Shown here: positions 34,728-44,653 of the stretch, in pieces | Position numbering within the stretch: position 1 is the stretch's first letter | Layout: each line of letters opens with the position of its first letter | Source of the DNA: a virus | Taxonomy: Duplodnaviria > Caudoviricetes | Virus record (IMG/VR): IMGVR_UViG_3300037312_000330 | Coordinates: 64,001-128,000 of that record | DNA: 64,000 nt | Strand: one strand, 5' to 3' | The notes under the pieces: generated by a model | The model's input: only the letters and a program-made list of their open reading frames with translations | The model's database searches: none | Told to the model about the DNA's origin: nothing | Program-made: the position numbers and the translations under genes

Positions 34728-34979
34728 ATGTGTGGGATGATTGCCCCACGTCGATTGAGGGTGCGTTCGTTTATGGGAGCAGTAACGCGTCTTCATGATG
34801 ACAAGAGATGGGTGGTGACGACGGTCACAGAATTCTCGACCACCTATAGGAGAAGGGGACGAGTGATACAAGTGAGTTGGGGCTCGAAGAGTGTCTACTA
34901 CTTCCGAGTCAACGCTCACCTGGAACCGCCTCCAATACCTCCAAAGCCTCCTTCTTCATTGGAAGAACGTCAAGGCTGA
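34728..34979 (+). CDS. Hypothetical protein
   Basis: AAGGAG SD. Confidence 0.55.
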   Translation: MCGMIAPRRLRVRSFMGAVTRLHDDKRWVVTTVTEFSTTYRRRGRVIQVSWGSKSVYYFRVNAHLEPPPIPPKPPSSLEERQG

Positions 34980-35143
34980 TCACACAACAGGTTCCGGGCC
35001 GCACCTGATCCAAGCGGCCCGCGTAAACGTAAAGTGAAAGGAGCCTGTCACCATGGGCACGCGTATTCCATCACGCCCACAGCGCCTGAAACGTGCGCTC
35101 TTCGGGCAACAAGCCATCCCCTCCTACATGGAGGGTCACTGAC

Positions 35144-35983
35144 ATGGCTATTCGTAAACCCCAAGATCCTGAGCGACACGCACTAGTTACCGAAGTCATG
35201 TCGCTGGACTCTGTTGCTGCCGCCGAACACCTGACTGGCAAGTCTGTGGACGTCAACGAAGCTTCTCGTGTTCTCGGTCTGGGGATCCAAATCAACAAGT
35301 CTTCATTGTTGCGCAAGATGCAGATCGAAGCCGGTGATTTCGTTTTTAGCGATACCTGGATTCGGCGAAAAGCGATTCTGGAACGCTGCGGATTCAAACC
35401 CATGTTCGCCGAAGGCTACATCTATCGACAACGATCGGCTCGTCTCGAGATCTGGCTCGAACAAAAACATGGACTCGTGTTCGTGCAGAACATCTGTGTA
35501 GATGAAGAAGGTGTGGAACGCCCTCTAGATCACGGACGTTGCGACTTCTCATGGATGGTCCACAACGGTGAAGACAAGTACCAAGCCATTGCGGGTATGC
35601 AACTGAGCGGCGGCTGGGAAAGTGTCAAGTATCCTAACTGGCGGACGATGGAAAGTCCTGATCCGAAGCAGATGTTCTTCCGTCCAGACGATCTCTACTT
35701 CCGCGGGTACGTCGAAGGCAACGGGATGATCCACAAGTTGCAATATCTACTGATCAAAGGTCAGTACATCAATCCGTGGCCCACTTGGGAACCGGGCAAA
35801 TACCCGCTCGCTACGTGGTACACCACGCCTGCGGAATATGATGAGGATGATCTTCATCCGAAACGTAGTCCGTGGGACCGTCTTGCTGCACACAGCAAGA
35901 AAAACATCGAACGTTTCGAGAGTTTTCCCGAAGAACTGCAACGTGTCATCAACGTGAAACCTGTTTGGAGGAACAAGAAATGA
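35144..35983 (+). CDS. Hypothetical protein
   Basis: GGAGG SD; about 280 aa. Confidence 0.8.
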   Translation: MAIRKPQDPERHALVTEVMSLDSVAAAEHLTGKSVDVNEASRVLGLGIQINKSSLLRKMQIEAGDFVFSDTWIRRKAILERCGFKPMFAEGYIYRQRSARLEIWLEQKHGLVFVQNICVDEEGVERPLDHGRCDFSWMVHNGEDKYQAIAGMQLSGGWESVKYPNWRTMESPDPKQMFFRPDDLYFRGYVEGNGMIHKLQYLLIKGQYINPWPTWEPGKYPLATWYTTPAEYDEDDLHPKRSPWDRLAAHSKKNIERFESFPEELQRVINVKPVWRNKK

Positions 35984-36050
35984 ATGAATTTCTCGCTTTC
36001 CCCACGCAAACCGCCTTCAAGATCTTTCATTCTTCCGAGGAGAACTGAAC

Positions 36051-37028
36051 ATGAGCAAAAATCATCTTTCCGACTGGCTGATCCACATCGGCGACCGTGT
36101 CGTCATGGACATGGACTCCGAGGCTCGGTCCTGGGGTCGCAAAGGGGTTCCCGACGGTACCCAAGGAACGGTCGTCGGCTTCCATCGCTGGACCGAATAC
36201 ATCGGCCGTGTGGACGGTTCCGAACGACGCATCGGCCGCTACATCAACAACAGCGGCTCGTTGATCGCATGGGACAACGGCGTCAATGACGAGTTCCCGA
36301 CGAGTTCCTACGACCTCGCGTTTGTCGAGAACCACGAGAAACTCTACGAGGAGCGCTGGAAGGACAAGTCTTATCAGGAAGCCTTCCGACATCGTTCCTG
36401 GGTCGGCGAACTCCCGGAGCTCCCGATCTGGGAATGGGACATCGTAGCTCCGACCAAGACGCTTCTCGATCGGGACTCGGAGATCGTCCAGCACTACGGT
36501 CCGTACTTCTTCGTGCGCCGTATCGACTACAACCAGATCGGAGAGAAACGCAGCGATGGTGTTACCCCGATGCCGATCTACCAGTGCAGCCCGGTGGGAC
36601 ACACGGGACCTACGTTCGCTCTCGACGAGACGGAAGTCAAGCTCCACGAGCGCGGCAACGTGTGGAAGTGGATGAACAACCGTCCGACGCTGAAGTTCGA
36701 GAACCTGCAGGAAGAGATCTCACTTCATTCGGCTCTCGGCCTACGGAAGCAGATCCAGAACCCGACTCTCGGCCACTATGGGTGGACTCTGAAACAGGTG
36801 CTGCTTGCCATCTCGAACGGTGATGTCGACGCGTTCACGGTATGCAACGCATTCGACGCCTTCTTAGGCATACGTGAATCCGTGACGCCTGACAGCGATC
36901 GTCACTACGCGTACAAGTTCGAGGACGAAGACCTCGGACGGCGCGTGCGTGAGAAGACCATGGAGGGCTTCCACGACCTCGTGGCCAAGTATGTCGAACA
37001 GCGGAAGAAGGAGTCTGCAACCCAATGA
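36051..37028 (+). CDS. Hypothetical protein
   Basis: AGGAG SD, 325 aa. Confidence 0.85.
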   Translation: MSKNHLSDWLIHIGDRVVMDMDSEARSWGRKGVPDGTQGTVVGFHRWTEYIGRVDGSERRIGRYINNSGSLIAWDNGVNDEFPTSSYDLAFVENHEKLYEERWKDKSYQEAFRHRSWVGELPELPIWEWDIVAPTKTLLDRDSEIVQHYGPYFFVRRIDYNQIGEKRSDGVTPMPIYQCSPVGHTGPTFALDETEVKLHERGNVWKWMNNRPTLKFENLQEEISLHSALGLRKQIQNPTLGHYGWTLKQVLLAISNGDVDAFTVCNAFDAFLGIRESVTPDSDRHYAYKFEDEDLGRRVREKTMEGFHDLVAKYVEQRKKESATQ

Positions 37029-37480
37029 TCTCGTTCCAAGAACAGATGCAGCGTTGGGGAAACGTGGCTGACCGGTCACTTAGTCGATTCGAGCAGATGA
37101 CGATCGCGCGTCCGTTCGTATATAGCCCGTTCTTCGGGACGTGGAGTCGCATCCTCAAGCCTGTGATGCAGGGTCATCCACAAGGAATGATCCTGCTGAA
37201 TCTGACGCCGGAGACCTCCACCCTGCGCCAGATGAAGCTGTTCGTATCGGACAACCTGTTCCGACGCGAGGACAAGTTCGAACGTCAACTGCCGAACACT
37301 ATCATGGAACTTCTAGTCGCCAAGGTAGGACTCGAGCAAACGATGTTCATGACCGAGTGCGATCTGTGGCCGATGATCGATGTGGACAAGTTCGTGCAAG
37401 CCCGTCGTGGACGGAACCCGTTCGACGCGATTCCGTTCGCACTCGTACGTCTGGCAGGAACCGAAGGAATGCCTGCATGA
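37025..37480 (+). CDS. Hypothetical protein
   Basis: ATGA overlap. Confidence 0.7.
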   Translation: MISFQEQMQRWGNVADRSLSRFEQMTIARPFVYSPFFGTWSRILKPVMQGHPQGMILLNLTPETSTLRQMKLFVSDNLFRREDKFERQLPNTIMELLVAKVGLEQTMFMTECDLWPMIDVDKFVQARRGRNPFDAIPFALVRLAGTEGMPA

Positions 37481-37515
37481 ACGTCAAGGGTGGCTTTCTT
37501 TGAAGGACTAACAAC

Positions 37516-37827
37516 ATGGCACAAGCTGGATTCATGTTCACGAAACCGACCGCCAAGAAACGATTGTCAGACGCAGAGAGGGTCGATGAACTCGGCCTTC
37601 TCAAGGAGCATGTTGCTGAACTCGAGTCGAAGCTGAAGCGAAGAGGTTTGCTCGGCAAGACTGTCACGGGTCTCATGTTCGAGGCTCGCGTGTACGGTCG
37701 TCACACGACGAAGCTCAATCGCGCAAAGTTGTTGAAGCTGATCACGGAGGAGCAGCTCCACGGCTGCATGGTCACTTCGAAGGAAGAGAGCATCTGCTTG
37801 CGGGTGCAGCGCATCAAGCGGACCTGA
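37516..37827 (+). CDS. Hypothetical basic protein
   Basis: AAGGA SD. Confidence 0.7.
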   Translation: MAQAGFMFTKPTAKKRLSDAERVDELGLLKEHVAELESKLKRRGLLGKTVTGLMFEARVYGRHTTKLNRAKLLKLITEEQLHGCMVTSKEESICLRVQRIKRT

Positions 37828-37872
37828 GTGCTGACGGAGTCCTCCAGGTCTCCCCTCTGGGAGGACCTCCGT

Positions 37873-37938
37873 TGCCTAATTTTTGTGCAGAAAGTTGCCT
37901 ATTTTTTAGGCAGGCGTACACGGATTCTATGGTACAAT
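37873..37938 (+). promoter_or_regulatory. Early-type promoter with tandem operator-like sites (copy 2)
   Basis: TGCCTAATTTTTGTGCA and perfect TGCCTA-TTTTT-TAGGCA, then ATGGTACAAT. Confidence 0.7.
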
Positions 37939-37980
37939 AAAGTACGGGCAATCCTGCCCGTGCTAACAACCTGTAAGGCA

Positions 37981-38205
37981 ATGGCAGCCAACACAATGCA
38001 ACGTGTGCGTTCCAGCTTGGAACTCTCCGATCGGATCTCGGCCGCATGTCACTTCTATGGTTGGAATCTCGACGATCTTCGCGCCGCATGGTACGCAGAC
38101 CCGAGCAATCCGGCTTTGGAAAAACGCTATCGGCGTCTCGCCCTACGTTGGAAGCGCGAGTCGCGTAGCTTGTGTGCAAAGGCAGACGCACTTCTCGCCA
38201 AGTGA
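37981..38205 (+). CDS. Hypothetical protein
   Basis: First ATG after the promoter, AAGG SD. Confidence 0.6.
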   Translation: MAANTMQRVRSSLELSDRISAACHFYGWNLDDLRAAWYADPSNPALEKRYRRLALRWKRESRSLCAKADALLAK

Positions 38206-38275
38206 TCCAGCAGCGTGCAGGAGTTCCGGCTTGCACGCTTTCATCAACGGCCCATTAGGTCAACAAGGAAACGTC

Positions 38276-38578
38276 ATGAAAACTTTGCAGCTCTACATGC
38301 ATACCAACAAGGCGATCAGCCGCGGCGAGCCAGCGGATCGTGTCTTTCTTGTCGTCAAGCGTGATGGCAAGTTCCTCATCGCATGGAAATGCACGCTCAT
38401 GCCGAACGGTTTGAAACACCCAGCGTTCAAAAGTTCGCTTGCGTTCGAGGACATCCAGAATGGGACGATCGAACACGGCAAGAACGACTCGCACCCTTCG
38501 GCGATGTTCCGCCCGGATTCTCTCTACCGCAAAGTTACTGTTGCACAGCTTCGCCATGAAGCTTCCAAAAAGGCATGA
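38276..38578 (+). CDS. Hypothetical protein
   Basis: AAGGA SD. Confidence 0.7.
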   Translation: MKTLQLYMHTNKAISRGEPADRVFLVVKRDGKFLIAWKCTLMPNGLKHPAFKSSLAFEDIQNGTIEHGKNDSHPSAMFRPDSLYRKVTVAQLRHEASKKA

Positions 38579-38929
38579 ATGATGCAGATGCTGTTCGACA
38601 ACGATAACTTTGCCGTCGTCTATGTGGACGCCAATGCTCAAGCTCGCGAAGCTGCCGTGGAGCACAACGCAGTTGCAGACTCAGTGCACTCTCTGCATTC
38701 ACGCAAGTCCGTGCGTCACATCCCGCTCCGGGAAATTCCGGAGGAGCGCCATTGCTACGAGATCGTTGACAAACGCAACAACAAGGAAGTGATGCTCCAC
38801 GGTTCGTGGGCCGCTGCCTTCGCGAAGCAAATTGAACACTGGCACCAGGAAACTCCGACTGAGGAAGAAGTCGAAGAAGTGCTGGACAGCTTTGCGTTCT
38901 TCGCTCAACTGCCGATGGTGGTCCACTGA
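38579..38929 (+). CDS. DUF3567 / BTH_I0359-like protein
   Basis: MQMLFDNDNFAVV..YEIVDKR..KEV.L.GSWA..F..QI..W...TPTEEEVE..L..F..AQ.P.V.H. Confidence 0.75.
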   Translation: MMQMLFDNDNFAVVYVDANAQAREAAVEHNAVADSVHSLHSRKSVRHIPLREIPEERHCYEIVDKRNNKEVMLHGSWAAAFAKQIEHWHQETPTEEEVEEVLDSFAFFAQLPMVVH

Positions 38930-39534
38930 TGGCACGCTCCGCACAAGAGAAGGCGGAGCTTTGCCGCGAGTTCATTCTCTCGGAGAGCCCGCGCTGGCTT
39001 CTGCATCCGACGGTGGTTCGTAAACTTGGGCTCCGTCGCGTGATGATCCTGTCAGACCGGCTGATGCGCCGCAATCGTGGCTATGCCACGCACGAAGGCG
39101 ACATCATGCTCAGCCTGGAATTGGCTCGCTTCCGTAGCGCCAGTCCATACACGACTCCGAAGGGTAAGGCAGACATTAGCCCCGTCGGCGTGTTTGCACA
39201 CGAGTTCGGCCACATCCTCGATTTCGCCGTGCACAAGAAGTTCGGCCACAAGGCGAACAGCCCGACTTGGGTATGGTACGACATCCACAGCAAGTTGCGT
39301 CGTCACGGCATCACAAGCTACGCACGCACTTGTGCTGGCGAAGACTTCGCCGAGGCCCACCGTCTGTTCGTGTTGAATCGCAAGCTACTGAAGGAGCTGA
39401 GCCCTGAGCGTTTCTCCCACATGAAGCAAATGTACAAGATGCTCCTTGGCACCGAACATCCGCACAAGGTGTTCACCATGTCGGCACACGAATTCGAGTG
39501 CCAATTCAACAAGTTCTACATCCACGCCGTATGA
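38929..39534 (+). CDS. Zincin-like metallopeptidase domain protein
   Basis: AHEFGHILD plus SYA...EDFAE. Confidence 0.7.
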   Translation: MARSAQEKAELCREFILSESPRWLLHPTVVRKLGLRRVMILSDRLMRRNRGYATHEGDIMLSLELARFRSASPYTTPKGKADISPVGVFAHEFGHILDFAVHKKFGHKANSPTWVWYDIHSKLRRHGITSYARTCAGEDFAEAHRLFVLNRKLLKELSPERFSHMKQMYKMLLGTEHPHKVFTMSAHEFECQFNKFYIHAV

Positions 39535-39648
39535 AAACTTTACTCGTTCTTCTCGGCAAGGCGTTCCTGTTCTTCCTGATCGTTGGCCTGCTCGCAGGCT
39601 TTCTAGTCGGGTGGTTCTGGGCGCGTCGCCATTATCGGAAGATGTACC

Positions 39649-40020
39649 ATGCCTAGGTGGTACTTTGGTCGAATACGAGAACAGCCGATCGGTCCGTTCG
39701 ATGGTGGTGAACGGATCGTGATCGGCGAATCCACTTTGAAGTTCTCTCGCCCTGACATGGGGAAAGGTTGGTGGATCCTTTCCCTCTACCACAATAAGGC
39801 TCTTCTCGTGGCCGACGGTCATCCGAGTATGGGTAAGGGCCTACGCAGAATCGTGCGTCGCGAGGAAGTTGTTCCGCCTGAGAAGCAGGAACGTTGCACC
39901 GAACGCGCCAAATCGCTGTTGCCCGACAGTGCGTACACGCCGAAGAACAGGAAGAGGCACACCTACTTCTTCGGTGGACGTCCAACCAAAAACGTAGAAA
40001 CGGAATGGAGATATGAGTAA
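39649..40020 (+). CDS. Hypothetical protein
   Basis: Packed ORF. Confidence 0.65.
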   Translation: MPRWYFGRIREQPIGPFDGGERIVIGESTLKFSRPDMGKGWWILSLYHNKALLVADGHPSMGKGLRRIVRREEVVPPEKQERCTERAKSLLPDSAYTPKNRKRHTYFFGGRPTKNVETEWRYE

Positions 40021-41101
40021 CAACAAACCGAAGGAAGAACGCCGCACCAATACGCGCGTCGAGATCAAGGGTGAGAAACGCAAGGCGATGTTCGAGGCAT
40101 ATGGAAAACTGCGTGCGATCAACGACGCCTTTCCCAAAGCCGACAAACGCTGGGATTCTGACTTGTGGGCCGAAGTGCTGACCGAGATCCTCGGCCCCAA
40201 GGGTGAAGTTCCGTGGCCTAGTGTGGCAAGCTATCTGAACTACCGCAAGGAGTTCGAGGAACTGGTTCGGAATGGCGAGATCAAGAATGTTGAACTGGCT
40301 CCTCACGACCACCGTCCCGCCAGCGAGCGTGGTGTGGTGAAGAAACCGGAACTGACGCCAGCTCCTACACCAGCTCCTACACCAGCTCCTACACCAGCAC
40401 CGACGCCTGTGCCTTCTCCAGCTCCTGTGTCTGTTCCGCCAGCTCCTCACTGGAAAACGCCGACCGCCACTCCCATTCACGCATACACGCCGACGATATC
40501 GAGTGCTCCGTTCCCGCCGGCAGCATCTCCGCTGTCGCTGCCGGGAGCATTCGGTCCGATGGAAACTGCGTTCATCACATTGGTGCGGCACGTAGTGGTC
40601 ACGGAGTTCCTTCCGGTGATGCACAAGTTGGTCGTGGATCTGCACGAGAAGCTCCATGCCAAACTGGATGATCAGTATCTCCGGATGATGGAATATTGGG
40701 ACCCAGAGCTTGCCGCGCAGATCAAGAAGAACAACTTGGCACTTCCTTCGGTCAACGGTGCTCTGTCGTCTCTCGGGTCCGAGATCGTAGTGGAGCCACC
40801 TGCTCCGACTGCACCGCCACAGCCACCGAAGAAGCGGATCCTGCTAGTTGGAGGCAAGGAAGACGGATTCTGGACCTATCTCCAAGATGGACTGCCTGGG
40901 ACCATTATCCAATTCGCCGATGGACACAAGCCGAAGAGCTTGCCGACTGGCAAGAACTTCGATCTCGTGATCGTTCACTGGATGAGCAGTCACAGTGCGC
41001 GCGCTGCGATCAAGAACTACTATCCAGACCACATCTGGTTCGAGAAGGGTTCGAGCACCAAGTTAACCGCTCTTATCAAAGAGAAGTTGGGATTGCAATG
41101 A
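40013..41101 (+). CDS. Pro-rich protein with a C-terminal DUF2325-like domain
   Basis: (PAPT)n linker; KKRILLVGG...DLVIVHWMSSH. Confidence 0.7.
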   Translation: MSNNKPKEERRTNTRVEIKGEKRKAMFEAYGKLRAINDAFPKADKRWDSDLWAEVLTEILGPKGEVPWPSVASYLNYRKEFEELVRNGEIKNVELAPHDHRPASERGVVKKPELTPAPTPAPTPAPTPAPTPVPSPAPVSVPPAPHWKTPTATPIHAYTPTISSAPFPPAASPLSLPGAFGPMETAFITLVRHVVVTEFLPVMHKLVVDLHEKLHAKLDDQYLRMMEYWDPELAAQIKKNNLALPSVNGALSSLGSEIVVEPPAPTAPPQPPKKRILLVGGKEDGFWTYLQDGLPGTIIQFADGHKPKSLPTGKNFDLVIVHWMSSHSARAAIKNYYPDHIWFEKGSSTKLTALIKEKLGLQ

Positions 41102-41436
41102 GCAAGATGGTGATAGTGCATGTCCCCGTTGAAATAAAGGCGGACAGCCTGAAGACACTACGGAGTCTCGTCCATGAACTCCGACACACCGACCTCAAGC
41201 ATATGGAGAACGGTGAAGGTCACGGCAGCTTCAAGATCATCACCAACGGCGTCAAGCTTCGTGATGTGAAGGAGCAGTTCGAACGCCTCTACACCAGACA
41301 AAAATCTGGTGATTCGGACGACGGCAATCCTTGGCCGTTTCCGAAGAAACCTCATCGTGAGGAGCATCCACGTGCCGTGCGCGGCACGGCATCCAGCAAG
41401 AAGCTCAAAAAGCTGGATAGACATAACAAGAAGTAG
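41098..41436 (+). CDS. Hypothetical protein
   Basis: ATGA overlap. Confidence 0.65.
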   Translation: MSKMVIVHVPVEIKADSLKTLRSLVHELRHTDLKHMENGEGHGSFKIITNGVKLRDVKEQFERLYTRQKSGDSDDGNPWPFPKKPHREEHPRAVRGTASSKKLKKLDRHNKK

Positions 41437-41491
41437 AGTCCACGAGGAGGGCTCACGGGCGGCAAACATCCGGCCATTCCTACAACCTTGA

Positions 41492-41899
41492 ATGAAAGAG
41501 AAGGAGTCAGCTATGAGAACTAGCGAACTTCTTAAAGATGCGTGGTCCAGAATCGAGGACCCCGCGAAACGCTGCAAACAGCAGCTTGCAGTCAATAGCA
41601 TGGGAATGAGAACCCATCCGATGGCTGAAGACATCGAGCGCCTATCTTCTATTGGCTCTCTACTTCGGTCGCTTGGTAAGAGTTACGAAGATGGTAGTCC
41701 AGCTCGAGTGCGGAGTGTCACGCAAAAGCTGTTCTACAGCAATGCGTGGTCCTTCCTCACTGGAGCGGCTCAACAACTTGGCTTCAAAACGACGACCGAT
41801 CTCGACGAGTTCGGCAATGACCAGCAGCTCGAACTGATGTGGGAGATTGCGATCTCCACTGCTGTCGTGTGCGAAGCCGCAGAATGCGCGGAGGTCTGA
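41492..41899 (+). CDS. Hypothetical protein
   Basis: AAGGAG SD near 41513. Confidence 0.7.
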   Translation: MKEKESAMRTSELLKDAWSRIEDPAKRCKQQLAVNSMGMRTHPMAEDIERLSSIGSLLRSLGKSYEDGSPARVRSVTQKLFYSNAWSFLTGAAQQLGFKTTTDLDEFGNDQQLELMWEIAISTAVVCEAAECAEV

Positions 41900-42826
41900 A
41901 TGCGTAAAGGTTATGATCCCATTATTGCCATCGCCAAAGATGGCATGATCGCAGGTGTCGCCCTCGGCTCGGATGCAGTATCCGAGCACGAGTGGGGTAT
42001 CGACGACCTGAAGAGGGCGTTCTGTTCCAAATGGGAATCTTTGGATTCCATGAAGGAAGCAGTGGAGCGGACTGGTGAAGTGCCCGACTTCGATCTCGAA
42101 GAGATGTACAGGATCAACAAGAACCTTGACCATATCTTTGGTCTGGTGGAAGAGGGGTTCTTCACCATCTCTACTGTAAATAACGAGTGGATAAGCCCCA
42201 TCCGCCATCGACTACCGAAAGTGGCCCCTGGAGCAATTCTGCCGGAATTCTCTCGTCGTGAATACGAGAAGTCACACAAGTCCATTGCAACAGAATGGGA
42301 CAAGCGTAATTTCCGCTTCTGCAACGCTGTCTACGGTGACGAGAAACTGATCAAGAAGCTCAAGGCGTTCCACCAACAACTTGTGAACGGGAAGTGTGCG
42401 TTCTTCTCTGTTCACGGTGGCGTCTTCAACGCACGCGAAGGGAAGGTGGCAAGTGGTCTGGTGATAGTGGATACGACACGCCTGACCTACGCACAGGCCA
42501 ATCACTGGCGTGTCATGAACGCTGAACGTCGCGATCTGCTGGAACTCCACAAGCGTTCCAGGCTGGACGTGATACTCGCTAGATTCCGCGATGGTGATCT
42601 GTCCAAGAATGGACACGTGGACGCGGGCTATTTCTGGCCCATGTGGTCTGACAAGAAAACCAAACAGGAAGTTGTCTACGGGTTCAATCCTGGATACCGG
42701 GTGAACGCGGACTACTTTGGTCCGTACACTGAAGGCCAACTCGTCCGGTGGTTCGATCACAACATGAGCTACCGTCTGAAACGGGAAAGTCCATCTCTGG
42801 AGAACAGCCATGTCGAACACTCCTGA
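41900..42826 (+). CDS. Hypothetical protein
   Basis: 308-aa ORF. Confidence 0.8.
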   Translation: MRKGYDPIIAIAKDGMIAGVALGSDAVSEHEWGIDDLKRAFCSKWESLDSMKEAVERTGEVPDFDLEEMYRINKNLDHIFGLVEEGFFTISTVNNEWISPIRHRLPKVAPGAILPEFSRREYEKSHKSIATEWDKRNFRFCNAVYGDEKLIKKLKAFHQQLVNGKCAFFSVHGGVFNAREGKVASGLVIVDTTRLTYAQANHWRVMNAERRDLLELHKRSRLDVILARFRDGDLSKNGHVDAGYFWPMWSDKKTKQEVVYGFNPGYRVNADYFGPYTEGQLVRWFDHNMSYRLKRESPSLENSHVEHS

Positions 42827-43139
42827 ATCTTCGTCCAACTTGCCGGAGATTCCCCAGGATGAAGTGCGCCGAACTGAGTTCACGCGCGAGCACATCCAGA
42901 TGCTCGTGACGCAGGCACTGTCGCACCACTCATATCGCACCCCTCCGAAGTTCCTGGAGTACAACGAACGCGAACCGCGTGCTGTCCGATTCATTTGGCA
43001 CGGCACCGAGTATCGTGTGAGCCAGAGCCTCAGCGTCGATGTCGCAGACCGTAGTCTCTGCATCGGAGGTTCGCCGGAAGCGGACCTGATGGAAATACTG
43101 CTCAACGTGGAACAGAAGAATCAGCGGAACAGAACATGA
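42810..43139 (+). CDS. Hypothetical protein
   Basis: GGAG SD. Confidence 0.7.
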   Translation: MSNTPESSSNLPEIPQDEVRRTEFTREHIQMLVTQALSHHSYRTPPKFLEYNEREPRAVRFIWHGTEYRVSQSLSVDVADRSLCIGGSPEADLMEILLNVEQKNQRNRT

Positions 43140-43846
43140 TCAGCGAAAAGCAAATCTATGACGAAATGCGTGCGGCAGCTCTCCTCGCAATGGAGAACCA
43201 CAAGCGACTTGGATTGGAGTACCACAACTCGGAACACATCACGCATGCGATGTTGACTCACGAGCGTCTGTACGCAGATTCCAGCCCGTCTGGAATGGCG
43301 CAAAAACTTGCGCTCATGTATCACGATGTGGTCTACGTTCCTGGATGTACGACCAATGAAGAACTGTCCGCCAAGTTCTTCAAATGGCAACTCAAGCGTG
43401 TGGTGGGCTGTTCCACCTACGACCACCTGTGGACCAAGTTCTTGGACGAGAATGCGACGATCGAACCGCAGGACAACGCCGATCTCCTGTGGTGCTGCAT
43501 GTTCGTTCCTGTTTGGATCCAAAGCACCACGGTGACGCACCACTTATCGGCGGGTGCGTATTCCAAGTCGATAGACCGCATTCTGGACTGCGATCTCGCC
43601 GCACTGGCGAAGCCGTATCCTGCGTTCAAATCCCAGCAGTTTGCCCTCTCGGCAGAAAGTCTGCCGGGTGCTTCTCAAGAAGAACGTCTTAACGACCTCA
43701 AGAAGCAAGCGGATTTTCTGTGGGCTTTCCTCTCGAAAGAGCCCATCTTCCGAACGCCGGAAGCTCATGAATCGCTCGAGAAGCAGGCTCGTGAAAACAT
43801 CACGCTGTACTTTGAGGAGATTCAACATGGACACCAGGAAGGCTAG
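43136..43846 (+). CDS. HD-superfamily metal-dependent phosphohydrolase
   Basis: YHNSEHI..YHDVVY.PG..NEELSA..LDCDLA. Confidence 0.8.
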   Translation: MISEKQIYDEMRAAALLAMENHKRLGLEYHNSEHITHAMLTHERLYADSSPSGMAQKLALMYHDVVYVPGCTTNEELSAKFFKWQLKRVVGCSTYDHLWTKFLDENATIEPQDNADLLWCCMFVPVWIQSTTVTHHLSAGAYSKSIDRILDCDLAALAKPYPAFKSQQFALSAESLPGASQEERLNDLKKQADFLWAFLSKEPIFRTPEAHESLEKQARENITLYFEEIQHGHQEG

Positions 43847-44114
43847 AGCTACGTTCGACGAATGGATGGAACAGATAAGGCGGACGCTGTCCGGAGCTAC
43901 CATCCACATCTACCCGCCTGCCGCGCCTACTGGCGTGTACATTGCTGACATCCATTGCAACAATGTGGAAGTCTGCGCGCAATTCCATATGAGTTTCGGA
44001 TACGGCCTGTCCAAAATGGGGCGCATACCATCGTTCTCGAGTAAGCCAGACTCCGTTTACAAGAGCGCGGACGAGGCAACGCAGGCACTCAAGAAGCTCT
44101 TGAACCTCAGCTAA
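43827..44114 (+). CDS. Hypothetical protein
   Basis: GAGGAG SD. Confidence 0.65.
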   Translation: MDTRKARATFDEWMEQIRRTLSGATIHIYPPAAPTGVYIADIHCNNVEVCAQFHMSFGYGLSKMGRIPSFSSKPDSVYKSADEATQALKKLLNLS

Positions 44115-44124
44115 GGAGGACTCT

Positions 44125-44334
44125 ATGTCGTACACTCAGACTGAAATGGACGCACGTGACGAGGGTGCGGAAGCATACGAGGAAGGCAAACCTCGTGATG
44201 CCAACCCCTACAGCATGTTGTCGCAGAAGAACCTGTGGACATGCTGGGACGATGGGTGGGAAGAGGCACACGACGAAAACACAGATACTGACGAGGATGA
44301 CGGTGAAGAAGATAGCGAGGACAAAGAAGGCTAG
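44125..44334 (+). CDS. Small acidic protein
   Basis: AAGGAGG SD; EG..AY..G....NPY....W..GW motif. Confidence 0.7.
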   Translation: MSYTQTEMDARDEGAEAYEEGKPRDANPYSMLSQKNLWTCWDDGWEEAHDENTDTDEDDGEEDSEDKEG

Positions 44335-44389
44335 TCTAGTGCCTTAGTTACCTTATCGAAAAGAACAAGGACAGGACAGAATCGTTAAT

Positions 44390-44653
44390 TTGATTCTGTC
44401 CTATGAGGAGTGTAGCGTGAAGGAAGACAACAGCGAACCCATTCGAACCCCGTGGGCTTTTGACACTAGCGGTCCGTCCAAAATTGGGCAACAACTAGAG
44501 CGAAGTCGCCGCATTAGCGAGCGGAACGCCCGCGAGGATCGAAGTAAGACCGTCTATGCAGGATGGTCTATCGGGAAAACTGATCCGAACGAGCAATTCA
44601 ACAAGCTCAACAGTGCGCAGTTCGGAACACGCCAGCGTAGGAAGATAAGATGA
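44390..44653 (+). CDS. Hypothetical protein (start uncertain)
   Basis: Packed ORF. Confidence 0.5.
   Translation: MILSYEECSVKEDNSEPIRTPWAFDTSGPSKIGQQLERSRRISERNAREDRSKTVYAGWSIGKTDPNEQFNKLNSAQFGTRQRRKIR

Noticed and set aside
40355-40400. Tandem 12-bp repeats (CCAGCTCCTACA; also GAAGACGGCGAT near 60153)
   Set aside because: They encode low-complexity PAPT and DEDG peptides; not arrays or mobile elements
42175-42182. Ninth TGTAAATA copy
   Set aside because: Mid-CDS and more than 600 nt from the next start; compatible with chance
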